Below are positions 9,865 through 19,767 of a stretch of 64,000 nucleotides of DNA, in pieces (position 1 is the first letter of the stretch; the number at the start of each line of letters is the position of its first letter). A program made the position numbers and the translations under genes. Under the pieces are notes generated by a model. That model had not been told where the DNA came from. It worked only from the letters and a program-made list of their open reading frames with translations, and made no database searches. This DNA comes from an uncultured SAR86 cluster bacterium (GTDB lineage Bacteria > Pseudomonadota > Gammaproteobacteria > Magnimaribacterales > Magnimaribacteraceae), in contig CACLAF010000003.1 of assembly GCA_902604855.1 (NCBI GenBank), positions 516-64,515 on the forward strand, in the 5' to 3' direction.

Positions 9865-10929
9865 ATGGCTAAATGGTCAGAGTCGGAAGCCTTAGACTGG
9901 TATAAAGAGCAAGATTGGATTGTTGGATGCAACTATCTACCGAGTAATGCTATAAATCAGCTAGAGATGTTTCAGCCAGAAACATTTGATAGTGAAATAA
10001 ATAAGAGGGAATTATCTTGGGCGAATAATCTAGGCTTTAACTCAGTTAGGGTTTATCTGCATGATTTGCTTTGGAATGATCCAGAAACCTTTAAAGATAT
10101 CTTAGATAGATTCCTCAACATTTGTGACCAAAACAATATAAGACCAATATTAGTTTTATTTGATGACTGCCACAGACCTTTTCCAAAACTGGGGACACAA
10201 CCTAAACCGGTAACAGGAGTTCATAATTCAGGCTGGAAGCAAAGCCCCGGCATGGCCATTGTTAGTGAAATTCATGATAATGATAGTCATCCAGAAATAC
10301 CTAGACTTAAGAATTTCGTCCAAGAAACACTACAGTATTTTAGCAATGATCAAAGAATACTTCTTTGGGATATTTACAATGAACCAGGTCAATTTGGGAT
10401 AGGTGATAAATCTTTTGCATTGTTAAAATTAGTTTGGGAATGGGCACTAGAAGTTAGACCTTCTCAGCCATTAACTGCCTGTTTAGATGGCTCAGTTGGT
10501 CAAGAGATTATTGAATTAAATCAAAAAAATTCTGATGTAATTACTTTTCACACTTACGAGGCCGAAAAACTTCAAGAGACAATCGACAGACTTAAAAACT
10601 TCAATAGGCCTTTAATATGTACTGAGTATATGGCTAGAGAATTTGGGTCAACTTTTGAATTTAGCTTACCTATTTTTAAAAAAAATAATATTGGATGTTT
10701 TAACTGGGGGCTTGTAGCTGGAAAAAGCCAAACACATTTTGGCTGGTCTACAATCTTAGACCTAAAAAAGAAAAAGGAAGAAGGTGATTTTTTAAAAGAA
10801 GGTGATGATATACCTGAGCCTGAAGTATGGTTTCATGATATTTTAAGAGCTGATGGTAGCCCTTACTCTTCGGAAGAGGAAATTTTTATAAAAGAAATGA
10901 CTGCTTCTAAGACCCTAGTTTGGAAGTAA
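9865..10929 (+). CDS. Glycoside hydrolase, GH-A clan (GH5-like)
   Basis: GFNSVRVYLH, WDIYNEP (acid/base), ITFHTY, ICTEYM (nucleophile). Confidence 0.85.
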   Translation: MAKWSESEALDWYKEQDWIVGCNYLPSNAINQLEMFQPETFDSEINKRELSWANNLGFNSVRVYLHDLLWNDPETFKDILDRFLNICDQNNIRPILVLFDDCHRPFPKLGTQPKPVTGVHNSGWKQSPGMAIVSEIHDNDSHPEIPRLKNFVQETLQYFSNDQRILLWDIYNEPGQFGIGDKSFALLKLVWEWALEVRPSQPLTACLDGSVGQEIIELNQKNSDVITFHTYEAEKLQETIDRLKNFNRPLICTEYMAREFGSTFEFSLPIFKKNNIGCFNWGLVAGKSQTHFGWSTILDLKKKKEEGDFLKEGDDIPEPEVWFHDILRADGSPYSSEEEIFIKEMTASKTLVWK

Positions 10930-10932
10930 ATT

Positions 10933-11451
10933 TCAATCGATATCAATATACTTTGTCCATTCCTCATCTTTGAAGTTATAAGAAGAATCTAAATAAGATC
11001 TCATCATATGCTTTAAGGTTGGCTTCTTAGGCGTCGTCAATGGCTTCAAATCAGAATTCCCTTTTTTGTTATTACAAACTTTGCATGAAGTAGTGACATT
11101 CTCCCAAGACGTATCACCTCCTTTCGAAATTGGAATTACATGATCTAAAGTAAGGTCATTTCTCGGAAATTTTTTTTCACAGTACTGGCATACATAGTTA
11201 TCCCTAAAAAAAACATTAGATCTCGAAAACTTTACCTCTTTTTTTAGATGATGATAATTTGAGAGCATGATTATGCTTGGAACATTGAAGGCCATGCTTG
11301 GAGACCTGACAACCCAATCACTGTGATCTTTCACAACGAAGACTTTTCGGTTTAAAGTGAGTTTTATCGCAGAGTGCCAGTCGACTACTGAAAGTGGAAA
11401 AAAGCTCAGAGGCCTTCCATCTCTATTCAATATCAAACAATCTGCAGACAC
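10933..11451 (-). CDS. HNH endonuclease (COG1403-type)
   Basis: RDNYVCQYC...LTLDHVIPISKGG..SWENVTTSCKVCNNKKG; N-terminal LILN.D..PL. Confidence 0.92.
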   Translation of the reverse strand: MSADCLILNRDGRPLSFFPLSVVDWHSAIKLTLNRKVFVVKDHSDWVVRSPSMAFNVPSIIMLSNYHHLKKEVKFSRSNVFFRDNYVCQYCEKKFPRNDLTLDHVIPISKGGDTSWENVTTSCKVCNNKKGNSDLKPLTTPKKPTLKHMMRSYLDSSYNFKDEEWTKYIDID

Positions 11452-11540
11452 TAAGGTAATATAATATTTTTTTTTAAATTTTTCTAGATCAATAAAGTTA
11501 CTTTCTAGTTACTTTTTTTGTCTGTAAAATTTATATTAGA

Positions 11541-12137
11541 ATGAATAAATTATTTACCTTGCTGGCAGTACTTTTTATTGCTCATTCGTCATATTCTGAA
11601 GAACCTAAGAAAGTTTTATGTGAGTTGGAAGGTAATTATTCCATTACTTATGATGACTTCAGAAGAAATTATTTTAATGAAGCTGTAGAGATTGCAAAAA
11701 ATGTAGCTGTAACCACAACTCAATCAATATTTTTTTTAAATAGAGCAAAACAAACTCTTAATAAAGATGCATGGGATAAAAATAAAATTGATGTGATCCA
11801 ATATTGGGCCTTGGATGAAAATTCAGATGATCTCCTACAACTAGACTATGTTGTCGAACCAGCTCCGGTCTGGGTTACGCAAAGTGACTGGGTAAAAGAG
11901 AAAAAAGAGACCGGCATTATGGTAACTCATTTCATTGAGAATGGAGCAATGCATCCAAATTATCCCGAATATAAAGTTGATATTTATAAAATAAATAATG
12001 AGATAAATTGGTTTACTGGTAAAGCAAGAATTAAAGGAGATATTTGGCTAAAAAGAGTAGATGGTAAAAAGGGTAAAGATCCAAAAATAGAAATTCTAGC
12101 AAAAGGAAACTGCGAAAAACAAAAGAAAAAGTTCTAA
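11541..12137 (+). CDS. Secreted hypothetical protein
   Basis: Signal peptide; single Cys near each terminus; no family recognised. Confidence 0.65.
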   Translation: MNKLFTLLAVLFIAHSSYSEEPKKVLCELEGNYSITYDDFRRNYFNEAVEIAKNVAVTTTQSIFFLNRAKQTLNKDAWDKNKIDVIQYWALDENSDDLLQLDYVVEPAPVWVTQSDWVKEKKETGIMVTHFIENGAMHPNYPEYKVDIYKINNEINWFTGKARIKGDIWLKRVDGKKGKDPKIEILAKGNCEKQKKKF

Positions 12138-13046
12138 TTAAAGGCCTTGCACTAATAATAATGAAGTTGGAATAATTATTGACCAAATTACGCATGCTAA
12201 GGCTATTGGTTTGAATTGAAGCTTACTCAAGCTATCTCTGTTTATCTGAGTTCCAATACAAAAAAGACCTGTCAAAAGACAAATTCGATTAATTTCCTTA
12301 AGGTAGCCTGTAATAATCTCATTAGGTTGGAAAAAAGAATTTAATAAAGCGGCAATCAAGAAGAATATTACAAAAAGAGGTAACCCTAGTCCTTCATTCT
12401 TACTTCTATAAATCCAAGCTGCAAAAATTACCAAGGGGACTATCCAAATAGTCCTTGCTACTTTAAGTGTTGCTGCAACTTCAACTGACAATTCACCGAT
12501 GCTAGAAGCAGCACCAACAACAGATGCCGTATCGTGTATTGCAAGTGCGACCCATGCTCCAAACTGAACTTCATTAAGTTGAATGAAGTTATTTAAGGTA
12601 GGAAATAATAAAACAGCGATAGCATTTAATAAAAAAACTATCGTAATAGCCATCGTTAAGTCTTCTGGTCTAGCTTTAATTGAAGGTGCAACTGAAGCGA
12701 TAGCAGTTCCGCCACAAACCGCTGTTCCGGAAGCCAAGAGAAAGGATAACTTTTGAGAAACACCCAATAGTTTACCTAACAATATAACTGCACCGAATGC
12801 CAAAACCACATAGAGCGAAATCCAAAAGAAGTAAACTGAATTGGTCTCGTAAAATGAATCTAAACTCAAACTACCTCCTAAAAAAACTATGCCAGTCTGT
12901 AAAATTCTGGATCCATACTTTTGAGTAAGAAAATCTTTAGGTAATTTATAAAAGAGCGCTAGAGACATACCTAAAAATAGTGAGACTGCTGAATTACCAA
13001 TCCATAAACTTATTGCAATGATAATTATCGTAATAAAATAAAGCAT
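12138..13046 (-). CDS. YeiH/putative sulfate exporter family membrane protein
   Basis: SGTAVCGGTAIA, ALAIHDTASVVGAA, ATLKVARTIW motifs; ATG at 13046 preferred. Confidence 0.85.
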   Translation of the reverse strand: MLYFITIIIIAISLWIGNSAVSLFLGMSLALFYKLPKDFLTQKYGSRILQTGIVFLGGSLSLDSFYETNSVYFFWISLYVVLAFGAVILLGKLLGVSQKLSFLLASGTAVCGGTAIASVAPSIKARPEDLTMAITIVFLLNAIAVLLFPTLNNFIQLNEVQFGAWVALAIHDTASVVGAASSIGELSVEVAATLKVARTIWIVPLVIFAAWIYRSKNEGLGLPLFVIFFLIAALLNSFFQPNEIITGYLKEINRICLLTGLFCIGTQINRDSLSKLQFKPIALACVIWSIIIPTSLLLVQGL

Positions 13047-13191
13047 TATTGAAGTTTGGTGAGTCACAAATGAATTTGATCTGTAACAATTCAATTATGA
13101 GAGTATTAATAGTATAAATCAATCTTACAAAAGACTTTTCAAGTGGCAATTAAGTCAAAAATTCCCTTTTTTTAACAATCTTCAAGGGGGG

Positions 13192-13223
13192 TTGACAACT
13201 ATGCTATGTTATTAGCATATAAC
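13192..13223 (+). promoter_or_regulatory. TTGACA -35 box followed by a 7-6-7 palindrome (TATGCTA-N6-TAGCATA), candidate metal-regulator operator
   Basis: Perfect TTGACA at 13192; palindrome at 13200-13219; immediately upstream of zigA. Confidence 0.5.
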
Positions 13224-13241
13224 TATTTTTTAAGGGCAAAA

Positions 13242-14447
13242 ATGGAAAATCTTCTGAGTAATAAACTCCCAGTTACTGTGCTTTCAGGTTTTTTAGGCGC
13301 AGGTAAAACTACCGTACTAAGTCACATTTTAAATAACAGAGAAAATAAACGAGTAGCCGTAATAGTGAATGATATGAGTGAAATTAATATTGACGCTGCT
13401 ATCGTTCAAAATGAAGTTTCTCTAAATCGTAGTGAAGAGAAACTGATCGAAATGAGTAATGGTTGTATCTGCTGCACACTTAGAGAAGATCTTCTAGAAG
13501 AGGTCAATAAACTTGCGCAAGAAGGTAGATTTGATTATTTAGTCATCGAATCCACTGGAATATCTGAACCCCTTCCTGTAGCAGAAACATTCACTTTTGC
13601 TGATGAAAATGGAGTTTCTTTGTCCGATGTAGCTAATTTGGACACAATGGTGACGGTAGTTGATTCCGTCAATTTCCTTAAGGATTATGATGAAGCAAAG
13701 TATCTACAAGATACTGGTGAATCTTTAGGTGAAGAGGATGAGCGGAGTGTAGCTGATCTTCTCGTTGATCAAGTTGAGTTCGCTGATATTATTTTATTAA
13801 GTAAAACCGATTTAGCTAGTCCACAAGAAATAGAACGTTTACAAGCTATTTTAAAAACACTTAATACTGAAGCCAAAATAGTGCCTATCGCAAATGGGAA
13901 AGTTGATATAAATGAGGTGTTAGATACCGGTCTCTTCGACTTTGAGCGCGCTCAACAAGCTCCAGGTTGGTTGAAAGAAATGCGCGGTGAACATGTTCCA
14001 GAAACTGAGGAATATGGAATTGGTAGTTTCACATATGAAGCAAGAAGACCTTTTCATCCTGACAAATTTTTTAAATTTCTTCATGGTACTAAACAGTTTG
14101 GTAAGCTTATCCGCTCAAAAGGCTATTTTTGGTTGGCCACTCGTCCTGAGTTTGCAGGACAATGGAGTCAAGCTGGTGGTATTGCTCATTATGGATTTGC
14201 AGGAATGTTCTGGAAATCTGTTCCGAAGAAGGATTGGCCTTTAGACGAAGAATACCTAGACGCAATTAGAAAGATGTGGGTGGAACCTTTCGGTGATATG
14301 CGTCAAGAATTGGTCTTTATCGGCCAAGGGTTAGATAAAGAAAAGATGATAGAAAGGCTTGATGAGTGCCTTTTGAGCGAAGATGAAGTTCTAAAAGGTA
14401 AAGCATACTGGAAAACATTAAATGATCCTTTCCCAGCATGGCAATAA
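13242..14447 (+). CDS. zigA: COG0523 zinc metallochaperone GTPase (ZigA/YciC)
   Basis: [10 protein letters not shown] Walker A, NGCICC metal motif, ESTGISEP, CobW C-terminal RSKG...RQELVFIG; ATG at 13242 preferred. Confidence 0.92.
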   Translation: MENLLSNKLPVTVLSGFLGAGKTTVLSHILNNRENKRVAVIVNDMSEINIDAAIVQNEVSLNRSEEKLIEMSNGCICCTLREDLLEEVNKLAQEGRFDYLVIESTGISEPLPVAETFTFADENGVSLSDVANLDTMVTVVDSVNFLKDYDEAKYLQDTGESLGEEDERSVADLLVDQVEFADIILLSKTDLASPQEIERLQAILKTLNTEAKIVPIANGKVDINEVLDTGLFDFERAQQAPGWLKEMRGEHVPETEEYGIGSFTYEARRPFHPDKFFKFLHGTKQFGKLIRSKGYFWLATRPEFAGQWSQAGGIAHYGFAGMFWKSVPKKDWPLDEEYLDAIRKMWVEPFGDMRQELVFIGQGLDKEKMIERLDECLLSEDEVLKGKAYWKTLNDPFPAWQ

Positions 14448-14463
14448 AATTAATAAACTCTGA

Positions 14464-15078
14464 TTGATAATGAATTTAGTTATAGGAGATCAATTAAGTT
14501 GCTTTTCAGATATACATTTAGATGATGTCGAATTAGTCAGTGTTAAAAGGCAAAAATTTGACAGCATAAAAGATTTATCAACAAATTTTATTAAATCCAG
14601 AAAGGTCTTAAAACTTCAATGGCATCAAGATTTAGACGACTCTTGGGCGATTCAAGAAAACCTACCCGAGTCACTAGATACATCATTCAGGTCAATGTTA
14701 GTTGATTTGATTTTAGAAAGTGGTGAAATGCTAGGAAGTCTTGTAGATTGTAAAAAAATTGGAGTAAGAATTGCCACTCTAAGATCACCTATGTGTCCGC
14801 TCTTTCATGTAGATAATATTAAATGCAGAATGCTCATTACTTTGTGCGGAGAGGGAACGCAATGGATCTCAAACCAAGACGTTGATTGGGAAATCCTTCT
14901 AGATAGAGATAATAAAGACATACCCATTAAGGAAAATGCAGATATCAAACAAATGGTTACAGGTCATTGGTCTTTACTTAAGGGTGGTGCTTGGAATGAT
15001 AAATTTAATGGCGTCGTGCACCGATCCCCTCATGATGAGAAAGATAGATTGATTTTGTCAATCGACCCCCTTTTTTGA
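14464..15078 (+). CDS. DUF1826 domain protein
   Basis: MCPLFHVD...RMLITLCGEGTQW...LLKG...VHRSP; a usual zigA neighbour. Confidence 0.85.
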   Translation: MIMNLVIGDQLSCFSDIHLDDVELVSVKRQKFDSIKDLSTNFIKSRKVLKLQWHQDLDDSWAIQENLPESLDTSFRSMLVDLILESGEMLGSLVDCKKIGVRIATLRSPMCPLFHVDNIKCRMLITLCGEGTQWISNQDVDWEILLDRDNKDIPIKENADIKQMVTGHWSLLKGGAWNDKFNGVVHRSPHDEKDRLILSIDPLF

Positions 15079-15153
15079 CCTATGAAGTAGGATATAACCT
15101 TCCTTAAATAGACGTTCATTTTCAAAGAACTATAGAAAGTATAAAATTAATAT

Positions 15154-15624
15154 ATGAAAAAAATATATCTTGGTTTTCTGGTGTTCCTATTAACCTCCTT
15201 AGTAGGAGCTACTAGTAACAGTAAACAAAATAGTGATTCCAATTTTGAACTACTAGTTCATAAAACTCCAACCTGTGGTTGTTGCAAAATGTGGGTTAAG
15301 CATATGGAAGAGAACGGATTTACAGTAAATACAAAAGATCACCAAAGCCTTGTAAAAATAAAAGAAGAATTAAAAATAGAGCCTAAGCATAGGTCATGTC
15401 ATACGGGGGTTTCCTCACGAGGACATTTTTTTGAAGGCCATATACCAAGTGAATATGTCTCACAATTTCTTTCAGAAGGTAATCCAGATGCAATTGGCCT
15501 ATCAGTTCCTGGAATGCCTTTGGGTTCACCGGGTATGGAAGTTGAGGATCGCTTTTCTCCATATGATGTGCTTGTGCATTACAAAGATGGGTCAACTAAA
15601 GTTTATGCAGAAATAAGAAAATAA
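15154..15624 (+). CDS. DUF411 (CopG-like) periplasmic metal-binding protein
   Basis: Signal peptide; KTPTCGCC..W..H, SCHT, EGHIP, GLSVPGMPLGSPGME. Confidence 0.9.
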   Translation: MKKIYLGFLVFLLTSLVGATSNSKQNSDSNFELLVHKTPTCGCCKMWVKHMEENGFTVNTKDHQSLVKIKEELKIEPKHRSCHTGVSSRGHFFEGHIPSEYVSQFLSEGNPDAIGLSVPGMPLGSPGMEVEDRFSPYDVLVHYKDGSTKVYAEIRK

Positions 15625-15705
15625 AATCCTTATTCAAGGGTGTTTCTGAATCTAGTAAATAGCTTTTAATTAAACAGGATAGCGAATCATCATCAAAATT
15701 AGAGT

Positions 15706-16545
15706 ATGAATGTAAAAGTATATGGTTTTACTCACTCTCCTTGGGTACAAGCAGTCTTACTTGCCCTATATGACAAAGAACTAGAATACGATCTTTATGT
15801 AAGACCGCCTTATGAAGTTTTCAAAAAATGGGGCGTCTATATGCCTGCAGTTTCGCTAAATGAAGAACCTTGGGAAATTGAGTCAACACAAATACTGACT
15901 AAATTAGGTTATAAATCTATCTTTGCCGATGAACTTAAAGCTGCCAATAATTCTTGGCAAGGAGTTCTGCATAGAACTGATAATCCATTCAGGTTCTTTC
16001 TAAACTTTGCTCGCGGAGGTCAGATTTCTGGATCTTTAATCAATAATACAGTAACTAACTTTCTTTTAAGTTTTGTTGCCTTCTATATGTTTATGTTAAT
16101 AAATATTGGAAAATGGACACTAAAACAAAAGGAACCTGATGACTTTGGTGACCAATTTTTATATTGGGAAAATATACTTTATGCTTCTAAATGTCCTTTT
16201 ATAGACGGCGAGAAGCCTGGAACTAGAGACTTTATTTTGTTTGGGGTAGTTCAATGTCATTCCAGCATTCCTGTTCCAGCGATCGATGCATTATTAAATG
16301 ATGAGAGGCTAAAAAATTTACGAAGATGGATATTAACCATGCAAAAAAGATTTCAGAAATATCCTTATCTTTACTCAGTTAAATATTTTGGATCTGATGC
16401 ATCTCAACCCAAAAATGCTGGAATTTTCCAAACGGGAGTATTTTTCATAGGGTTATTCATAATGGTTTTATTATTACCGATATCTATAGCCGCAGTGTTA
16501 AAATTAATGAGCAGGGTAGAGGATTACAGAATTAAAAATTTTTAG
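15706..16545 (+). CDS. Glutathione S-transferase-like protein with C-terminal membrane anchor
   Basis: N-terminal VYGFTHSPWVQAV, MPAV, ESTQI; C-domain FIDGEKPGTRDFILFG; hydrophobic tail. Confidence 0.65.
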   Translation: MNVKVYGFTHSPWVQAVLLALYDKELEYDLYVRPPYEVFKKWGVYMPAVSLNEEPWEIESTQILTKLGYKSIFADELKAANNSWQGVLHRTDNPFRFFLNFARGGQISGSLINNTVTNFLLSFVAFYMFMLINIGKWTLKQKEPDDFGDQFLYWENILYASKCPFIDGEKPGTRDFILFGVVQCHSSIPVPAIDALLNDERLKNLRRWILTMQKRFQKYPYLYSVKYFGSDASQPKNAGIFQTGVFFIGLFIMVLLLPISIAAVLKLMSRVEDYRIKNF

Positions 16546-16687
16546 TCTGATAATCTTTAAAAAGGAAAATATTCTTGAAGCAATACCTTTATCCCATAGC
16601 TTGAATACTAAGGCTATCTATGCGAAGAAAATTTTTAATCCCAAGGTCATCAATGATCAATTCTTTTTGTCGAAAAGAGGTAATGCT

Positions 16688-17881
16688 ATGAAAATTGCAA
16701 TTATAGGATCTGGAATATCAGGCCTCTCGGCTGCTTACTATTTATCCAGTGATCATGAAGTAGATTTATTTGAAAAAGATTTGAGACTGGGTGGGCATAC
16801 ACATACGCACACTTTAGAGCTTGAAAAGAGAATAAGAGTTGATTCAGGCTTCATCGTAATGAATGACAGGAATTATCCACTTCTTACAAAGTTGTTTTTG
16901 GATCTAGAGGTAGAACTTCATCCAACCTCAATGTCTTTCGGGGTTGAGACAGAGAATCTTAAGTGGTGCTCAAATGATTTCCTAAAATTAAGATTTTTAA
17001 ATAGTTTTAAAAAGATAAGACTTTTTCTTGAAATGATTAGATTCAATAATCTTGCATCTAATGTTGAGACAAATTCTTCTGTTGAAAATTGGCTAAGAAA
17101 AAATAATTTTTCAGATTTCTTCATTGCTAACTACATACTCCCTATGTCCTCATCGATATGGTCGTCATCTCAAGAATCAATAAAAAGATTTCCCATGAAA
17201 TCACTATCAAGTTTTTTTAAAAACCATGGTCTTTTAGATTTAATTAAAAGGCCACAATGGTTCACAGTCCTAGGGGGAAGTGATAACTACATAGAAAAAA
17301 TAATTAACGTCTCTGATATAAATAATGTTATCACTAATGCTGAACTGCTTATAAAGAGAGAAGGAAATAAAGTATCACTTCAAAATAAAAGCGTAACAAG
17401 CCAGTATGATGTATTAATTTTTGCCTGTCATGCTAATCAAATCCAAGAAATACTTACTGATATTTCTCCAAAGGAGGCTGAAATCTTATCTATGTTTGAA
17501 TACACCAGCAATAATGTGTTGCTTCATGATGATAAAAATCTTATGCCAAAAGAAGAATCTCTTTGGTCCTCTTGGAACTCTTTTAAAAGTAAAAACTATG
17601 ATTATGTTACTTATTGGATGAATAATTTACAAAAATTGGATACAGAAAAAGAAATTTTTGTAACGTTAGGTAATTGCCCTGAAATAGATCAAGAAAGAGT
17701 TTTTAAAAAAATTTGTTATGAGCATCCTTTGTACAGTGAAAATACTCTTGAAGGACAAAAATACCTTAAATCTATGCAAGGGGAAAATAATACATATTTT
17801 GTTGGTGCACATCTGGGCTATGGATTCCATGAAGATGGTATAAAATCAACGAATGAATTGTTAAAAAATTTTAATGAATAA
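16688..17881 (+). CDS. FAD-dependent oxidoreductase (COG2907; UfaD-like fatty-acid desaturase)
   Basis: MKIAIIGSGISGL, RLGGHTHT, VDSGFIV.N.RNYP, TYWMNNLQ, YEHP, GYGFHEDG; ATG at 16688 after AGAGG. Confidence 0.88.
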   Translation: MKIAIIGSGISGLSAAYYLSSDHEVDLFEKDLRLGGHTHTHTLELEKRIRVDSGFIVMNDRNYPLLTKLFLDLEVELHPTSMSFGVETENLKWCSNDFLKLRFLNSFKKIRLFLEMIRFNNLASNVETNSSVENWLRKNNFSDFFIANYILPMSSSIWSSSQESIKRFPMKSLSSFFKNHGLLDLIKRPQWFTVLGGSDNYIEKIINVSDINNVITNAELLIKREGNKVSLQNKSVTSQYDVLIFACHANQIQEILTDISPKEAEILSMFEYTSNNVLLHDDKNLMPKEESLWSSWNSFKSKNYDYVTYWMNNLQKLDTEKEIFVTLGNCPEIDQERVFKKICYEHPLYSENTLEGQKYLKSMQGENNTYFVGAHLGYGFHEDGIKSTNELLKNFNE

Positions 17882-18614
17882 TACAAGATTAAGATTCTTT
17901 GATGGTGCTGTATTTCACAAAAGAGTGGGATCTAAGACGCACAAGTTTAGATATACATATAAATCAACTTTCATTGAAGAGGTCTATGATTTCAATTCAG
18001 AAAGTTTTCTATATGCACACTCAAAGATTTTGAGTTTCGAAAAAAAATACTCTGACATGTCAGAAAAGGTTATTGAGAATATGAGATTATTTATTAAAAA
18101 AAATAATATTGATTCTGATGCATGTCGTATTAACTTATTGAGAACTCCAAACATAGGTTTTATTAAATCTTTCAACCCTGTATGTTTTTGGTTTTTAGAA
18201 ACTGATGAAGGCTGCAAATTTTTTACTGCAGAGGTTGAAAATACTTTCCACGAAAAACAAATGTACGTCATAGAGAATAAAGGAGATACAATTTCTCAAA
18301 ATATATGGTTGGAAGTGAAGAAAAATATGTATGTTTCGCCGTTTGCAGAAAAATCTGGATTTTATAAATTTAATTTATCTAGTGATCCTTTTAAAATAAA
18401 GATAAATCAATTTAATAAAGAAAAAAAAGCAGAAATAGTTACAAATATTAGGGGATCAATTATTCAAGTTAAAGGTCTAAGAAAATTTAGGTTTTATATG
18501 GGATTGATTTCAAGTTCTCTACTTGTGCTTGTAAGAATTCATATTCAAGCATTCTTTCTTTGGTTGAAAGGATTCAAAATTTTTCCACATGGAAGTAACG
18601 GATATGCTGACTAA
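17874..18614 (+). CDS. DUF1365 family protein (UfaO-like)
   Basis: VFHKR...H.F.Y, FNPVCFWF, AEVENTF.E, K.MYVSPF, RIHIQA..LWLKG. Confidence 0.88.
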   Translation: MNNTRLRFFDGAVFHKRVGSKTHKFRYTYKSTFIEEVYDFNSESFLYAHSKILSFEKKYSDMSEKVIENMRLFIKKNNIDSDACRINLLRTPNIGFIKSFNPVCFWFLETDEGCKFFTAEVENTFHEKQMYVIENKGDTISQNIWLEVKKNMYVSPFAEKSGFYKFNLSSDPFKIKINQFNKEKKAEIVTNIRGSIIQVKGLRKFRFYMGLISSSLLVLVRIHIQAFFLWLKGFKIFPHGSNGYAD

Positions 18615-19767
18615 AGTCATTCAAAATTTTTTAAATAAAAATATCGGAAAATTAGAGAGAGGTAATCTTTCTTTAATTCTTCCAAATGAGAAAAAAATTC
18701 AATTAGGAGATAACCTAGACTCTCTAGAAATTCGTTTTAACTCATGGCTTGGTATATGGCTTATCTTAAGACGGGGTGCTTTAGGACTGACTGAAGGATA
18801 CATGAAAAGCTATTGGCAAACAGATAAATTAATTGAATTGATGGATTACCTTCCTAAAAATTTAAACGCGCTTTCAAAAATCGCAAATGGAATGCTTTTT
18901 TTTAATATCTTCGCAAAAATTAATCACTTCCTTAATAAAAATACTATCAAAGGAAGCAGAAAAAATATTGAAGCACACTACGATCTAGGTAATGACTTTT
19001 TTAGTCTTTGGCTAGATAGCACTATGACTTATTCTTCGGGAATATTTTATAAAGATACAAAAACCCTTTGTGAAGCTCAGAATAATAAATATCAATCAAT
19101 CTTGGATTTACTGGATTTAAAAGAGGGATCGAAAATACTTGAAATCGGATGTGGCTGGGGAGGATTCCTAGAATATGCATCCAAAAGAGGTTTTGATGTT
19201 AAGGGAATAACAATATCGCCAAGTCAATATGAGTTTGCAAAAACTAGGCTTCGAAAAATTAAGGAATACCCTGAGATAGAGCTTATAGATTATAGGAAAG
19301 TTTCGGGAAAATATGATGCTATTGTTTCGATTGAAATGTTCGAGGCTGTTGGCTCGCAATATTGGGATACATTTTTTTCTAAAATTAAATCATTATTAAA
19401 AAAAGATGGTAAAGCAGCTATCCAAACTATAACTATTGGAGACCATTTATTTGAATACTATAAAAATAATCCAGATTTTATTCAGACATATATTTTTCCT
19501 GGAGGTATGCTTGCCAGTGATCAAATAATTCATAAACTTGCCAAAAAAAATGAACTCAAATCAGAAATCCAAATAGATTTTTCTCAATCTTATGCAAAAA
19601 CATTAGAGACATGGTTCTACAATTTTCAAAAATACTGGCAGCAAATCGAAACTTTAAACTTCGATAAAAAATTTAAGAATACTTGGGATATGTATTTAGC
19701 TTATTGTAGAGGCGGGTTCTTAAATGAAAGAATCTCTGTTTCACAATATTTATTGGAAAATAAATGA
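18604..19767 (+). CDS. cfa: Cyclopropane-fatty-acid synthase family SAM methyltransferase (Cfa/UfaM-like)
   Basis: NIEAHYDLGNDFF, MTYSS, LEIGCGWG, SIEMFEAVG, FIQTYIFPGG, YLAYC..GF. Start is 18604 or 18589. Confidence 0.9.
   Translation: MLTKVIQNFLNKNIGKLERGNLSLILPNEKKIQLGDNLDSLEIRFNSWLGIWLILRRGALGLTEGYMKSYWQTDKLIELMDYLPKNLNALSKIANGMLFFNIFAKINHFLNKNTIKGSRKNIEAHYDLGNDFFSLWLDSTMTYSSGIFYKDTKTLCEAQNNKYQSILDLLDLKEGSKILEIGCGWGGFLEYASKRGFDVKGITISPSQYEFAKTRLRKIKEYPEIELIDYRKVSGKYDAIVSIEMFEAVGSQYWDTFFSKIKSLLKKDGKAAIQTITIGDHLFEYYKNNPDFIQTYIFPGGMLASDQIIHKLAKKNELKSEIQIDFSQSYAKTLETWFYNFQKYWQQIETLNFDKKFKNTWDMYLAYCRGGFLNERISVSQYLLENK

Noticed and set aside
10933-11541. HNH gene as an RNA-guided (IscB/HEARO-like) system
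   Set aside because: No RuvC segments or PLMP motif, and the flanks (3 bp and 89 bp, AT-rich) leave no room for a structured ncRNA.
15085-15103. GTAGGATATAACCT resembling the tRNA-Lys T-arm
   Set aside because: Too short and no flanking similarity; consistent with chance.
16654-16684. TGATCA as an ECF (RpoE-ChrR type) -35 element upstream of the ufa-like operon
   Set aside because: No matching -10 at the expected spacing.
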